A program made the position numbers and the translations under genes. The notes under the pieces are model-generated. The model was not told the origin of the DNA and searched no databases. It saw only the letters and a list, made by a program, of their open reading frames with translations. Shown piece after piece: positions 29,180 to 37,703 of a stretch of 64,000 nt of DNA (position 1 is the first letter of the stretch; each line of letters starts with the position of its first letter). The DNA comes from a bacterium (GTDB lineage Bacteria; Patescibacteriota; Minisyncoccia; Phycocordibacterales; CAIZLB01), in contig JANOAN010000013.1 of the NCBI GenBank assembly GCA_031411135.1, positions 152,424 to 216,423 of the forward strand, given 5' to 3'.

Positions 29180-29736
29180 ATACAGAAAAGAAATTTAGCA
29201 TTGGTAACTTAAACGGAATTTCGACTAAAACAATTGAAGAACATCTGAAGCTTTATTCAGGTTACGTGAAGAATACAAATGCAATTTTAGAAAGTATTGG
29301 GAAGCAAGATTTTGAACTTGGAGTTTCAGAGGCTCAGCGTCGATTTGGATTTGAGTTTGATGGCATGAGAAACCACGAATACTACTTCGAGCAATTCGAA
29401 GGAAGTGCAAAGCCGTTATCTGCAGATTCGGAATTGGGCAAAGCGATCGCGACTGAGTGGGGGTCATTCGATGTGTGGATGGCACGATTCAAAACTTTAG
29501 CCATGACTCGTGGAGTAGGTTGGGCAATTCTTTACAAAGATGAAACTAACGGACGACTGTTAAATACTTGGGTTGAGGAACAGCATTTAGGACACCTTGT
29601 TGGACTAAAGGTCATACTAGCATTGGACATGTGGGAACATTCTTATATGCTCGATTATGTTCCATCTGAAAAGAAGAAATATATCGAAAGCTTCTTCGCA
29701 AACTTGAATGGAGAAGTGGTTGAAAAGCGATTCTAA
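29173..29736 (+). CDS. Fe/Mn superoxide dismutase family protein
   Basis: ALDMWEHSYMLDY (compare DxWEHAYY) and NHEYYF metal-ligand motifs. 187 aa. Confidence 0.7.
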   Translation: MTYTEKKFSIGNLNGISTKTIEEHLKLYSGYVKNTNAILESIGKQDFELGVSEAQRRFGFEFDGMRNHEYYFEQFEGSAKPLSADSELGKAIATEWGSFDVWMARFKTLAMTRGVGWAILYKDETNGRLLNTWVEEQHLGHLVGLKVILALDMWEHSYMLDYVPSEKKKYIESFFANLNGEVVEKRF

Positions 29737-29739
29737 GCT

Positions 29740-31071
29740 TTAAACAATAGGTTTCACAGCGGAAACATCCTTTTTATCGGGGGATGTTTTTGTTTTGGTT
29801 ACACAGAAATAAATTACAATCATTATAAAGTAGCAAATCAAAGTTTGCTTCCAAGTCCACTTGGGAAATTCAATCGCCGCAAATGGAAGGTTTGCGCATA
29901 TGTGAACAATCCACAATTCATAAGAAAGCAATGCAAAAGAAATAAAGGAAAATATTTCTGCGATAAAACTTGAAACAAAACTGATTAACATTGATGCCAC
30001 CACAAAAAACATAGTATAGGGTATGAAAGGAAGGACCACTATATTAGTGAAGAGAGAGATGAGCGAGACTATTCCAGAGAAGTGCATAATAAGCGGGGTA
30101 ATAGCAATCTGAGTTCCGAGTGTCGCGGAAATCGTTTCTTTTACCCCAAATTTTTCTGGTAAAAAAGACAGACGTTTTGAAATTTTATCGGACAAAACTA
30201 TGAGACCAAGAGTGGCCGTAAAACTCATCTGAAAAGAAGGATCGTAAAACAAAAGCATCGGATTAAAGGCCATCATGATAAGCCCTGCAATAAAAAGACC
30301 TTTAAACGGATCATACACCAGGTTCATGGTCCTTCCATAAATCGCAATCGCGTTCATAAATAGCGACCGCATGACTGATGCTCCACCACCCACCATCAAA
30401 CAAAAACAGGTCATGAAAAACATTCCGATGACGAAGCGGACGGTGGGAGGTAAAAATCCAAGAAGCGCCATCACTACAACCGCAATTATACTGACATTGA
30501 AACCAGACAATACAACAATGTGAATCAGACCGACTCTCTTAAACTCGTTTTGAAGTTCTGCATCGAGTGACCCCTTCCCGGTCAGAATTAGTCCGGCACC
30601 TAAAAAAGATTGAGGTTGGGGTAGAAGTGAATTTATTCTTTGGATGCAAATATTTTTTATACTGATTAAGGCGAGTTTAAATTTTGAAGGGGTGGAGTTA
30701 TCTATAAATTCAATCTTTGGATTTTTTATTTGATAAAAGATCTTACGAACTCGCATATAATCTCCGTAGGATGATTTTGGATCCCCATCGGAAATATTTG
30801 TAAGTTTTCCTTCAATTTTTAAGTTGTCGCCGTATTTAAGCGGAGTAAAAAAATACTTGGTGCTAACTTGAATTAAATTACCCTCGTGTGTTTTTGCAAT
30901 AAATCTTTGTGAGTCTTTTGATGAATCTGGTTCTTCGATAATCTGTACCGATAATGTAACTTTTTGATTAGAAAGTTTTCTTAAAACTCCATCATCCTTT
31001 GGCCACATAAAGAATCGAATTGTAATAATTACAAACAATATAAAAACGACAATCCATTTGGATTTATTCAC
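29740..31071 (-). CDS. comEC: ComEC/Rec2 N-terminal part (DUF4131-like + competence channel domain)
   Basis: Multi-TM competence domain (GLIHIVVLSGFNVSII... pattern). Separated from the MBL part by the antisense SOD gene. Confidence 0.7.
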   Translation of the reverse strand: MNKSKWIVVFILFVIITIRFFMWPKDDGVLRKLSNQKVTLSVQIIEEPDSSKDSQRFIAKTHEGNLIQVSTKYFFTPLKYGDNLKIEGKLTNISDGDPKSSYGDYMRVRKIFYQIKNPKIEFIDNSTPSKFKLALISIKNICIQRINSLLPQPQSFLGAGLILTGKGSLDAELQNEFKRVGLIHIVVLSGFNVSIIAVVVMALLGFLPPTVRFVIGMFFMTCFCLMVGGGASVMRSLFMNAIAIYGRTMNLVYDPFKGLFIAGLIMMAFNPMLLFYDPSFQMSFTATLGLIVLSDKISKRLSFLPEKFGVKETISATLGTQIAITPLIMHFSGIVSLISLFTNIVVLPFIPYTMFFVVASMLISFVSSFIAEIFSFISFALLSYELWIVHICANLPFAAIEFPKWTWKQTLICYFIMIVIYFCVTKTKTSPDKKDVSAVKPIV

Positions 31072-31125
31072 TAAATAATATTAGAGAAACAAGATGAAGA
31101 AAAAATGAATTTATTATGAAGATAC

Positions 31126-32058
31126 TTACTTCAAATTCTGATACCCCACAACTATTGCCTCGGCAATAAATAGTTCCAAGTGAGAGTAATTATCATGCTC
31201 TTGGGCTTGTTCAAGGTAAGTGTAGTATAGAATCTTTTTTTCTTTTTCAATAATAGAAGGAGAGATTTTGTGCGACAAAAGCATTGTATTAAGTAGTAGT
31301 CTCCTCACTCTACCGTTCCCATCGGAAAAAGGATGAATCTTTTCAAACCTCGCGTGTATTTCAGAGGATTTTTTTATGAAATCCCTGTTATTTAATTTTT
31401 TCGCTTCATTAATTTCATTAACTAAGATCTCCATTAATTCTGGTACTCTAATATAATTAGCTGTAACAACATTTGTTCCAGCAATTCTCACACCGTGATT
31501 TCTGTAATTTCCGGCATTATCCATAATGCCATTCATGAGTATTTCGTGAAGCCTTTTGATATACCTCCCATCTAGATCTTTTTTTGAAGCGAGAAAGTCA
31601 AACATGTACTGAATAGCCACTTTGTGGTTCTTGGCTTCTATTTGCTCAACAAGGGTTTTATTTTTAAGATTCGTATTCTCAAAAATTACCATAGCAGTTT
31701 CTCTTTCAGTTAAAGTACTACCCTCTATAGCATCAGAATGGTAAGTTGACCTGACGCAAAAATGTTCATATAAATCTTTTCTTTGTAAAACGAGATTCAA
31801 TGGATCACTTATTAGTTGTGAAAAGTTTAATATTTGATCGTAAACTTTTTCAAGTTCGAGACTGGAAACTTCACCTTTTCCTGTATATTTATCATAAAGA
31901 TCATTGATTTTATTCAAAGCTTTTGGTCGAGGTGAGGATTTACCGAGAAACCATGCATTAAACGCAGGAAAACTCACACCAAACATGCTAGCAAGCTCGG
32001 TCTGCGTAAAATTCAATTTTTCCTGAATTTTTCTTAATTTTTCCTGAGTTTCGGTCAT
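31126..32058 (-). CDS. Fic family protein with N-terminal HTH
   Basis: HPFSDGNGRVRR (HPFx[DE]GNGR Fic motif). N-terminal XRE-like HTH. Confidence 0.85.
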   Translation of the reverse strand: MTETQEKLRKIQEKLNFTQTELASMFGVSFPAFNAWFLGKSSPRPKALNKINDLYDKYTGKGEVSSLELEKVYDQILNFSQLISDPLNLVLQRKDLYEHFCVRSTYHSDAIEGSTLTERETAMVIFENTNLKNKTLVEQIEAKNHKVAIQYMFDFLASKKDLDGRYIKRLHEILMNGIMDNAGNYRNHGVRIAGTNVVTANYIRVPELMEILVNEINEAKKLNNRDFIKKSSEIHARFEKIHPFSDGNGRVRRLLLNTMLLSHKISPSIIEKEKKILYYTYLEQAQEHDNYSHLELFIAEAIVVGYQNLK

Positions 32059-32115
32059 GGCAACATACTATCAAACTTTATAAAGTTATACAAATATAGC
32101 CAAACTTTATAAAGT

Positions 32116-32838
32116 TTATTTACTAAATTCCCTTACAATCTCTTCCTCATCAACTTTTGAAATTGATTTTTTAAACAAAGCTTTCTTTCCGTGTACTCTT
32201 TTTTTACATTCATCCCAAGTTTGATCAATATTAATTTTTCCTTGAACCATGCTGACATATGAGAATGCTGGTGATTTATTCTTTGATGATTTTTTAGTTG
32301 GAACTCCAACTTTAATATTTAAAACCACATCCTTGTTTGGATACTCGGCTAAAAACCCACTGTACAAATCTGGCTTCTTTCCATCCGCATAAGCAGTCGC
32401 AATTTCATCGCACCTCTCGTTTCCAAAAATTTCGCTGTGCCCTTTCAAAAGAGTCCATTTGATTTCTTTTCCTTTTAATACAGAATCCATTTCTTGCCAC
32501 AAATCTATGTTTTTAACTTCTTCTTTTGTTGAACTGATCCAGTTTTTAGCTTTCCATCCGTGAAGCCATTTTGTAGCACCGTTTAACACATATGCGGAAT
32601 CTAATCTAACTTCATATTTTGTAACAGTACCTTTAGCATAGTAGTCATCAAAGAATTTTAAACCTTCAATTACAGCCTTTAATTCCATTCGGTTGTTGGT
32701 TGTTAAGTCCTCTCGGCCCCCTCTTTCGTCAATTCGCATTTCGTCAGCGTCGTTTGGGTATATACAGATAAAGCCGTAGCCACCAGGGCCAGGGTTTCCG
32801 CGAGATGATCCGTCGGTGTAGATGGTGATGGGTTTCAT
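32116..32838 (-). CDS. rnhA: ribonuclease HI with C-terminal RNA/DNA hybrid-binding domain (HBD)
   Basis: TDGSSRGNPGPGGYG...TNNRMELKA RNase H core. C-terminal FSYVSMVQGK...TWDECKKRVHG...KKF resembles the hybrid-binding (caulimovirus viroplasmin-like) domain. Starts 8 nt after the RT stop. Confidence 0.8.
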   Translation of the reverse strand: MKPITIYTDGSSRGNPGPGGYGFICIYPNDADEMRIDERGGREDLTTNNRMELKAVIEGLKFFDDYYAKGTVTKYEVRLDSAYVLNGATKWLHGWKAKNWISSTKEEVKNIDLWQEMDSVLKGKEIKWTLLKGHSEIFGNERCDEIATAYADGKKPDLYSGFLAEYPNKDVVLNIKVGVPTKKSSKNKSPAFSYVSMVQGKINIDQTWDECKKRVHGKKALFKKSISKVDEEEIVREFSK

Positions 32839-32846
32839 GAGGGGTA

Positions 32847-33830
32847 TTATAACACCTGGTCTATTTGCTCTACTAATTTTCTAGAATTTCCATGAGACAA
32901 AAGCCCTAAATATGACTGTGCCACCTCATCAATCTTGTTATCTTTTAAATTCCTAAACATCCTACGTTTTGCCGCGGATCTTAAAACCCGACAATCTGTA
33001 AAATGTACCCATCCCAAAAAATCTACACCTGGTGCAAGAGTCCGTATAAAAATTTTGTCCGGGTGAAGAGAAAGTTTTAGTCTTGATAGCAAAAAATCGT
33101 GAATTTTTGACAGCACATTTTCTAGCCACGACTTGTCCTTGTTCATAATTACAAAATCATCAGCATACCGGATATAATATTTCGCTTTTATCTTGTGTTT
33201 AACAAACTGGTCAAACTCATTCATGTAAATATTAACTAACAATTGAGACGTAAGATTACCTAAAGGCAACCCTTTACCTACAGCAGTGCTGTGAAAACTT
33301 GAAAGTATGCGATTGAGCAACCAAATAATATCCTGATCCTGTATGTGCACTTTTAATATTTCTACTAACACACTTTGATCAATTGAGGCAAAGAATTTCC
33401 TGATATCGCATTTTAAAACCCAAAGCGTTTTTGAATAATTATTACTCGCTTTATAGGAATATTTTCTAAACTGATTTAATGCTTTGTGTGTTCCTTTACC
33501 TAACCTGCACGAATAGGAGCTTGAACTAAATTTTCGATCAAAATACGGGTACAAGATTCGGTATATTGCATGGTGAAGCAACCTGTCTCTCACTTTTGCT
33601 TTATGAATATTTCTTGGCTTTGGGTCAGAAATATTGAAAGCTTCATACTCTCCATGCATATATGTCTTATGAACAAGGTCGTTATGTAGAGAAATAATAT
33701 TATGCATTAAATTACGCTCAAATTCCTGCGTATCCTTTCTTCCTCTTTTGCCACGGATAAATTCCTGCCAAGCTTCGAGCAAATTTTCCAAAGAGATGAT
33801 ATCTTTATACTTAAAAATAAAAAAAGACAC
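32847..33830 (-). CDS. DGR-type reverse transcriptase
   Basis: RT motifs DIRKFFASID, LPLGNLTSQ (DGR-specific [I/L]GxxxSQ) and YADDFVIM. GTG start. Adjacent to Avd and TR. Confidence 0.9.
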   Translation of the reverse strand: MSFFIFKYKDIISLENLLEAWQEFIRGKRGRKDTQEFERNLMHNIISLHNDLVHKTYMHGEYEAFNISDPKPRNIHKAKVRDRLLHHAIYRILYPYFDRKFSSSSYSCRLGKGTHKALNQFRKYSYKASNNYSKTLWVLKCDIRKFFASIDQSVLVEILKVHIQDQDIIWLLNRILSSFHSTAVGKGLPLGNLTSQLLVNIYMNEFDQFVKHKIKAKYYIRYADDFVIMNKDKSWLENVLSKIHDFLLSRLKLSLHPDKIFIRTLAPGVDFLGWVHFTDCRVLRSAAKRRMFRNLKDNKIDEVAQSYLGLLSHGNSRKLVEQIDQVL

Positions 33831-33833
33831 ACC

Positions 33834-34223
33834 ATGAATACTACACCCCCCCCGAGAATGCTACCAGTGCTTCAGCGTCTAAAAAGCCTCTATATCTTGT
33901 GGCATGACTACTACCAAACCATACCAAAAATCCACAGACACTCTCTTGGTCAGAGAATCGATACTTTATTTGTGGAAACCATCGAGGCAATATCGGTTGC
34001 AAGCTTTTTATCTAAAGATGAAAAGCAACCTTGGGTTCGGTTAGCTATACGAAAAGTTGATACTACTAAGATACTTTTGATGGTGTTATGGGAAACCAAA
34101 TCTCTAGATAATAAAAAATATATAGCCCTTTCTGGACCCATAGATGAAATAGGAAAAATGCTTGGCGGATGGCAAGGACAGATAGCAGCGCAACTTTCTA
34201 AACAAAACTCCTCCGCCATATAG
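33834..34223 (+). CDS. avd: DGR accessory variability determinant (Avd)
   Basis: 129-aa four-helix-bundle-like protein that aligns with Bordetella-phage Avd (YILWHDYYQTIPK..., ...IDEIGKMLGGW). Encoded divergently from the RT. Confidence 0.75.
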   Translation: MNTTPPPRMLPVLQRLKSLYILWHDYYQTIPKIHRHSLGQRIDTLFVETIEAISVASFLSKDEKQPWVRLAIRKVDTTKILLMVLWETKSLDNKKYIALSGPIDEIGKMLGGWQGQIAAQLSKQNSSAI

Positions 34224-34243
34224 ACAGAGGAGAAATGAAAAGA

Positions 34244-34371
34244 TTTGCGAAACCCAAAGCAGTATTGTTGGCGTTACGGTTGTTGTCGAGCCAGTTGGCA
34301 TTCCAGTTCCAGGAGCCATCATCGTTCCGATAGAGATACAGGGCGTTCCGGTTGCCGTTCGGGTTGCGAAG
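34244..34371 (-). repeat. DGR template repeat (TR), 128 nt, adenine-rich on minus strand (AAY codons)
   Basis: Identical to 34772-34899 except at 21 positions that are all T on the plus strand (A on the minus strand). Encodes NRNALYLYRNDDGSWNWNANWLDNNRNANNTALGFAN. Confidence 0.9.
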
Positions 34372-34641
34372 AATTGTATAAAGCACCGCCTATTTCACCA
34401 CCCCTTGAAGTCCCGTGACGATCTCAGGATTGAATCGTATTCGGCATCGTAATGCCATAGTGCCTTACACCAAGTATCTTCATTTTTGTTGAAGTGTCTG
34501 CATGCACCACTCTACCTGAAGCCTTGACCGCAGATACTCTCGATGCACGGATACTGGATTCGGTAGGAAGAAACCTTAATCTCTTCCATATTCACCTACT
34601 ACCGCTTTTTATCTTATCCTAAAAAATTAAATTTTGATATA

Positions 34642-34670
34642 GAAAAACCCCGCGCAAATGCAACGGGGCT
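34642..34670 (-). terminator. intrinsic terminator downstream of the DGR target gene
   Basis: ccccg-cgcaaatgcaa-cgggg with a T-run on the minus strand. Confidence 0.6.
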
Positions 34671-34767
34671 GGAAGATTTGGAGTTGTATCTTGCCATAAC
34701 TTACTTTTTGAGCCGAAGAGCAAAGTTCAAAGGGTCAGAGGAGACCACAGTGTCCAAAGCCCGAGAG

Positions 34768-35397
34768 CTACTCTGCGAAACCCAAAGCAGTATCGCTGGC
34801 GCTACGGCTGCGGTCGAGCCAGCCGGCACTCCAGTCCCAGGAGCCACCATCGCGCCGATAGAGACACAGGGCGCCCCGGCGGCCGTACGGGCTGCGAAGG
34901 GTGGTTCCGAGGAATTCGATCCAGCTGACGTTGAGGGTCTTGTGGAGCCACTTCAAGGTCGTCTGGTTCTCTTCCTTGTAAAGCGCTTCGCCGATCTTGG
35001 CATCCGCTTGGATCGCTTTCAGCAGGAGCCGTGCGCGTTTCTCTTCGCCGGTGACTGTGGTTTCGTCATCGATGAGGCCCGTCTGTGCGATGAGCTTCGT
35101 CGGGTCGAGTTCGGTGATGGCGAGCGAGCTCTTGTCCTGCTCTTCGTCGCCTTTGAGTCCATCGCCGTCCTTCGGTCCGCGCCAGATGCTCCAGCCTTCG
35201 CCGGTGAACGTGGCGGGGTCGAACGGAGTGGTGCGGTCGATCTTCAGGACTTGTGGTTTAAGGACGTGTTCGAGGGGAACGACGACGGTTTCGCCACGAA
35301 GGAATTTCAACGCTCCTGGCGTTCCTCCGAGCTTTTTTACGATTGCATTCAATTGCCCACCTGTAAGGTCGGCCATTGCGAATTTATCTTCTGACAT
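34768..35397 (-). CDS. DGR target protein (hypothetical, C-terminal C-type-lectin/FGE-like variable region)
   Basis: 209 aa, about 58 percent GC. C-terminus LYRRDGGSWDWSAGWLDRSRSASDTALGFAE is the VR-encoded counterpart of the TR peptide. Confidence 0.85.
   Translation of the reverse strand: MSEDKFAMADLTGGQLNAIVKKLGGTPGALKFLRGETVVVPLEHVLKPQVLKIDRTTPFDPATFTGEGWSIWRGPKDGDGLKGDEEQDKSSLAITELDPTKLIAQTGLIDDETTVTGEEKRARLLLKAIQADAKIGEALYKEENQTTLKWLHKTLNVSWIEFLGTTLRSPYGRRGALCLYRRDGGSWDWSAGWLDRSRSASDTALGFAE
34772..34899 (-). repeat. DGR variable repeat (VR) at 3-prime end of target gene
   Basis: 128-nt ungapped match to the TR with substitutions only at TR adenines (17 A>G, 3 A>C, 1 A>T). Confidence 0.9.
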
Positions 35398-35606
35398 GTT
35401 TCCTCCTTGTGCTTAGTTGCACGTTGGATTTTTCCCCTAATCCGGGGCAGAACCATGACCGTGGTAGTCATAGCCAGAAAACGTTGATAAATCAAGGTCT
35501 TTTGGCTATGACTACTGAAAAAATTGTAAGGTTCTGAACTGTTTAATATTATATCACATCATATATCTTCTTGTCAAGCTCAGCGTAATGGTTCAATACC
35601 TTTGCA

Positions 35607-37262
35607 TCACCTCCCTTTCAAAATCTCCACCGCCCTTAACCTCAACTCCGGTCGCCCTTTAAAACTCGACTTCTCAACCGTCGCAACCATATCAATCACA
35701 TCATTCACCGCCACCACAATATCACTGAAAAAACTAATCGCCGGAAGTATCGCACCATTCTCGTCACCTACCCTAACCTCAACATGCTCCTGCGCCTTTC
35801 CAAATTTTTTATACCCAACCACCGTCACCTTCTGAAGCATAAAAAGTGGTTTTGAATTATTCACCCCAAACGGCACCATCTTCTCAAGAGCATCCCAAAA
35901 CTTCCAATTAATGTCGGATACATTTAGTAAACTATCAACTTCAACTGTCGCATCAACATCACTTAATGAAACCTTACTCATCGCATTAACGAGGTGTTCT
36001 GAAATTAAATGAATATGATCATCGTTTACTGCAAAGCCTCCAGACATCGCGTGTCCACCCGCTTCTTTAAATACCCCCTCTTGAACTGCATTCATTAAAT
36101 CTACCAAATGATACGATCCATTTGATCGGCAAGAACCTTTAATAACCCCCTCTTCATCCCTTCCCCACACAAACGCCGGTTTGTTATAATCTCTCATCAA
36201 ACTATTTGCCACAAGTCCCAATAGTGCCGGCTTCCAATTTGGATTTCCAACCACAATTAGTGGTGCATTATTAAAATCCTCATCTTTGTGATTTTTCTTT
36301 ATATCCTTTGAAATCAACGCAACTTGGACTTTTCTCTCGGTATTTATATCTGTTAAAACTTTGCAAAGACTTTTTGCTTTAACGACATCATCTGTTGAAA
36401 GTAATTCAAAAGCAATCACAGGATCTGCCATTCGAGACGCTGCGTTAATGCGAGGGGTAACCAGAAATTGAATATCATCCTCAGTTGCTGTTTTCGGATC
36501 CAGTTTTAAAGAAAGAAAAAGTTGCTGCAAACCTACACGCATATTTTTCTTCATCACCTTTAATCCATACGAAGCTAAAATTCTATTCTCTCCAATCAAA
36601 GGGACCATGTCAGACAAAGTCGCAAGCCCCACCATATCCAAGGACCACTTCTCCATTCCATCTTTTATCTCAAATTTTTTGTACAGTGCTTGAATTAATT
36701 TGTAAACTACACCCGAACCACACAAAATCTTTTCAGGATATGTGCACCCCGGTTGTTGCGGATCCAAAATCGCATAAGCTTCTGGAAGTTTCTCATGAGG
36801 TAAGTGGTGATCGGTAATTATGACCTGTATTCCCAATGAATTTGCATGTGCAACCTCATCAACGTCAGCAATTCCGCAATCTGCTGTAATTAACAATTTC
36901 GCACCCTGAGATGCAATCTTTTCAACCGCATCACTATTCAATCCAAAACCTTCCTTGTGTCGATGTGGGATATAGAACATAACATTGTCATATGAAATCT
37001 TTTTAAAGAAATCATGAAAAACCACTCCGGCAGGAATTCCATCTGCATCGTAATCTGTGTAGATACAAATTTTTTCTTTATTTTTTACAGCCTCAAATAC
37101 CCTTAGAACCACCTTCTCCATGTCTTTCATTAGATACGAATCATAAGTTCCCTTGTCATAATCAGGGTTTAAAAAGGCCTCCTTATCCTTAACTCCTCTG
37201 TGAAAAAGTAGATGATCAATCAAACTTCCCTCTGCCATGTCTCGAATGCGGTATTTTGCCAT
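35607..37262 (-). CDS. recJ: single-stranded-DNA-specific exonuclease RecJ
   Basis: DHH (ITDHH) and DHHA1 (GGHAMSGG) motifs. 551 aa. Confidence 0.85.
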   Translation of the reverse strand: MAKYRIRDMAEGSLIDHLLFHRGVKDKEAFLNPDYDKGTYDSYLMKDMEKVVLRVFEAVKNKEKICIYTDYDADGIPAGVVFHDFFKKISYDNVMFYIPHRHKEGFGLNSDAVEKIASQGAKLLITADCGIADVDEVAHANSLGIQVIITDHHLPHEKLPEAYAILDPQQPGCTYPEKILCGSGVVYKLIQALYKKFEIKDGMEKWSLDMVGLATLSDMVPLIGENRILASYGLKVMKKNMRVGLQQLFLSLKLDPKTATEDDIQFLVTPRINAASRMADPVIAFELLSTDDVVKAKSLCKVLTDINTERKVQVALISKDIKKNHKDEDFNNAPLIVVGNPNWKPALLGLVANSLMRDYNKPAFVWGRDEEGVIKGSCRSNGSYHLVDLMNAVQEGVFKEAGGHAMSGGFAVNDDHIHLISEHLVNAMSKVSLSDVDATVEVDSLLNVSDINWKFWDALEKMVPFGVNNSKPLFMLQKVTVVGYKKFGKAQEHVEVRVGDENGAILPAISFFSDIVVAVNDVIDMVATVEKSSFKGRPELRLRAVEILKGR

Positions 37263-37289
37263 TCATCGATTTTAGCATAGAATAGTCGC

Positions 37290-37703
37290 ATGAACTCAGA
37301 TTGTATATTTTGCAAAATCGTGACGGGAGAAGTACCTGCTACAAAGATTTATGAAGACGCAGAAGTGTTGGCTTTTATGAACTTACACCCTACTCACAAG
37401 GGGCAGGTTTTGGTTATTCCTAAGGATCACGTTGAGAATATCTATGGATTCTCAGAGGAAATGGCTGCGAGGATTATGCTTGCGACTAAGAAACTAGCGA
37501 TTGCGGTTAAAAATGGAGTGGATGCTGATGGGGTGAACCTAATTATGAACAATGAGGAAGTGGCTGGGCAACAGATTTTCCATGCACATATGCATATAAT
37601 TCCGAGATTTAATGATGATGGGTTAAAGCACTGGCCGGCGAGTGATTATAATGAGGGAGAGATTGAGGAGTGGGGTGAGAAGGTGAGGAAAGAGATTATT
37701 TAA
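37290..37703 (+). CDS. HIT family (histidine triad) protein
   Basis: HAHMHIIPR histidine-triad motif. 137 aa. Confidence 0.85.
   Translation: MNSDCIFCKIVTGEVPATKIYEDAEVLAFMNLHPTHKGQVLVIPKDHVENIYGFSEEMAARIMLATKKLAIAVKNGVDADGVNLIMNNEEVAGQQIFHAHMHIIPRFNDDGLKHWPASDYNEGEIEEWGEKVRKEII

Noticed and set aside
33950-34322. Minus-strand ORFs overlapping avd and the TR
   Set aside because: No protein-like features. The plus-strand frame gives a clear Avd-like sequence.
34198-34386. 62-aa minus-strand ORF MLYTILRNPNGNRNALYLYRNDDGSWNWNANWLD...
   Set aside because: This is the DGR template repeat read in the target frame. It is a non-coding template, not an independent gene.
34678-35394. 238-aa plus-strand ORF antisense to the DGR target
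   Set aside because: Artefact of the high-GC target gene. The minus-strand frame is the one whose C-terminus matches the TR-encoded peptide.
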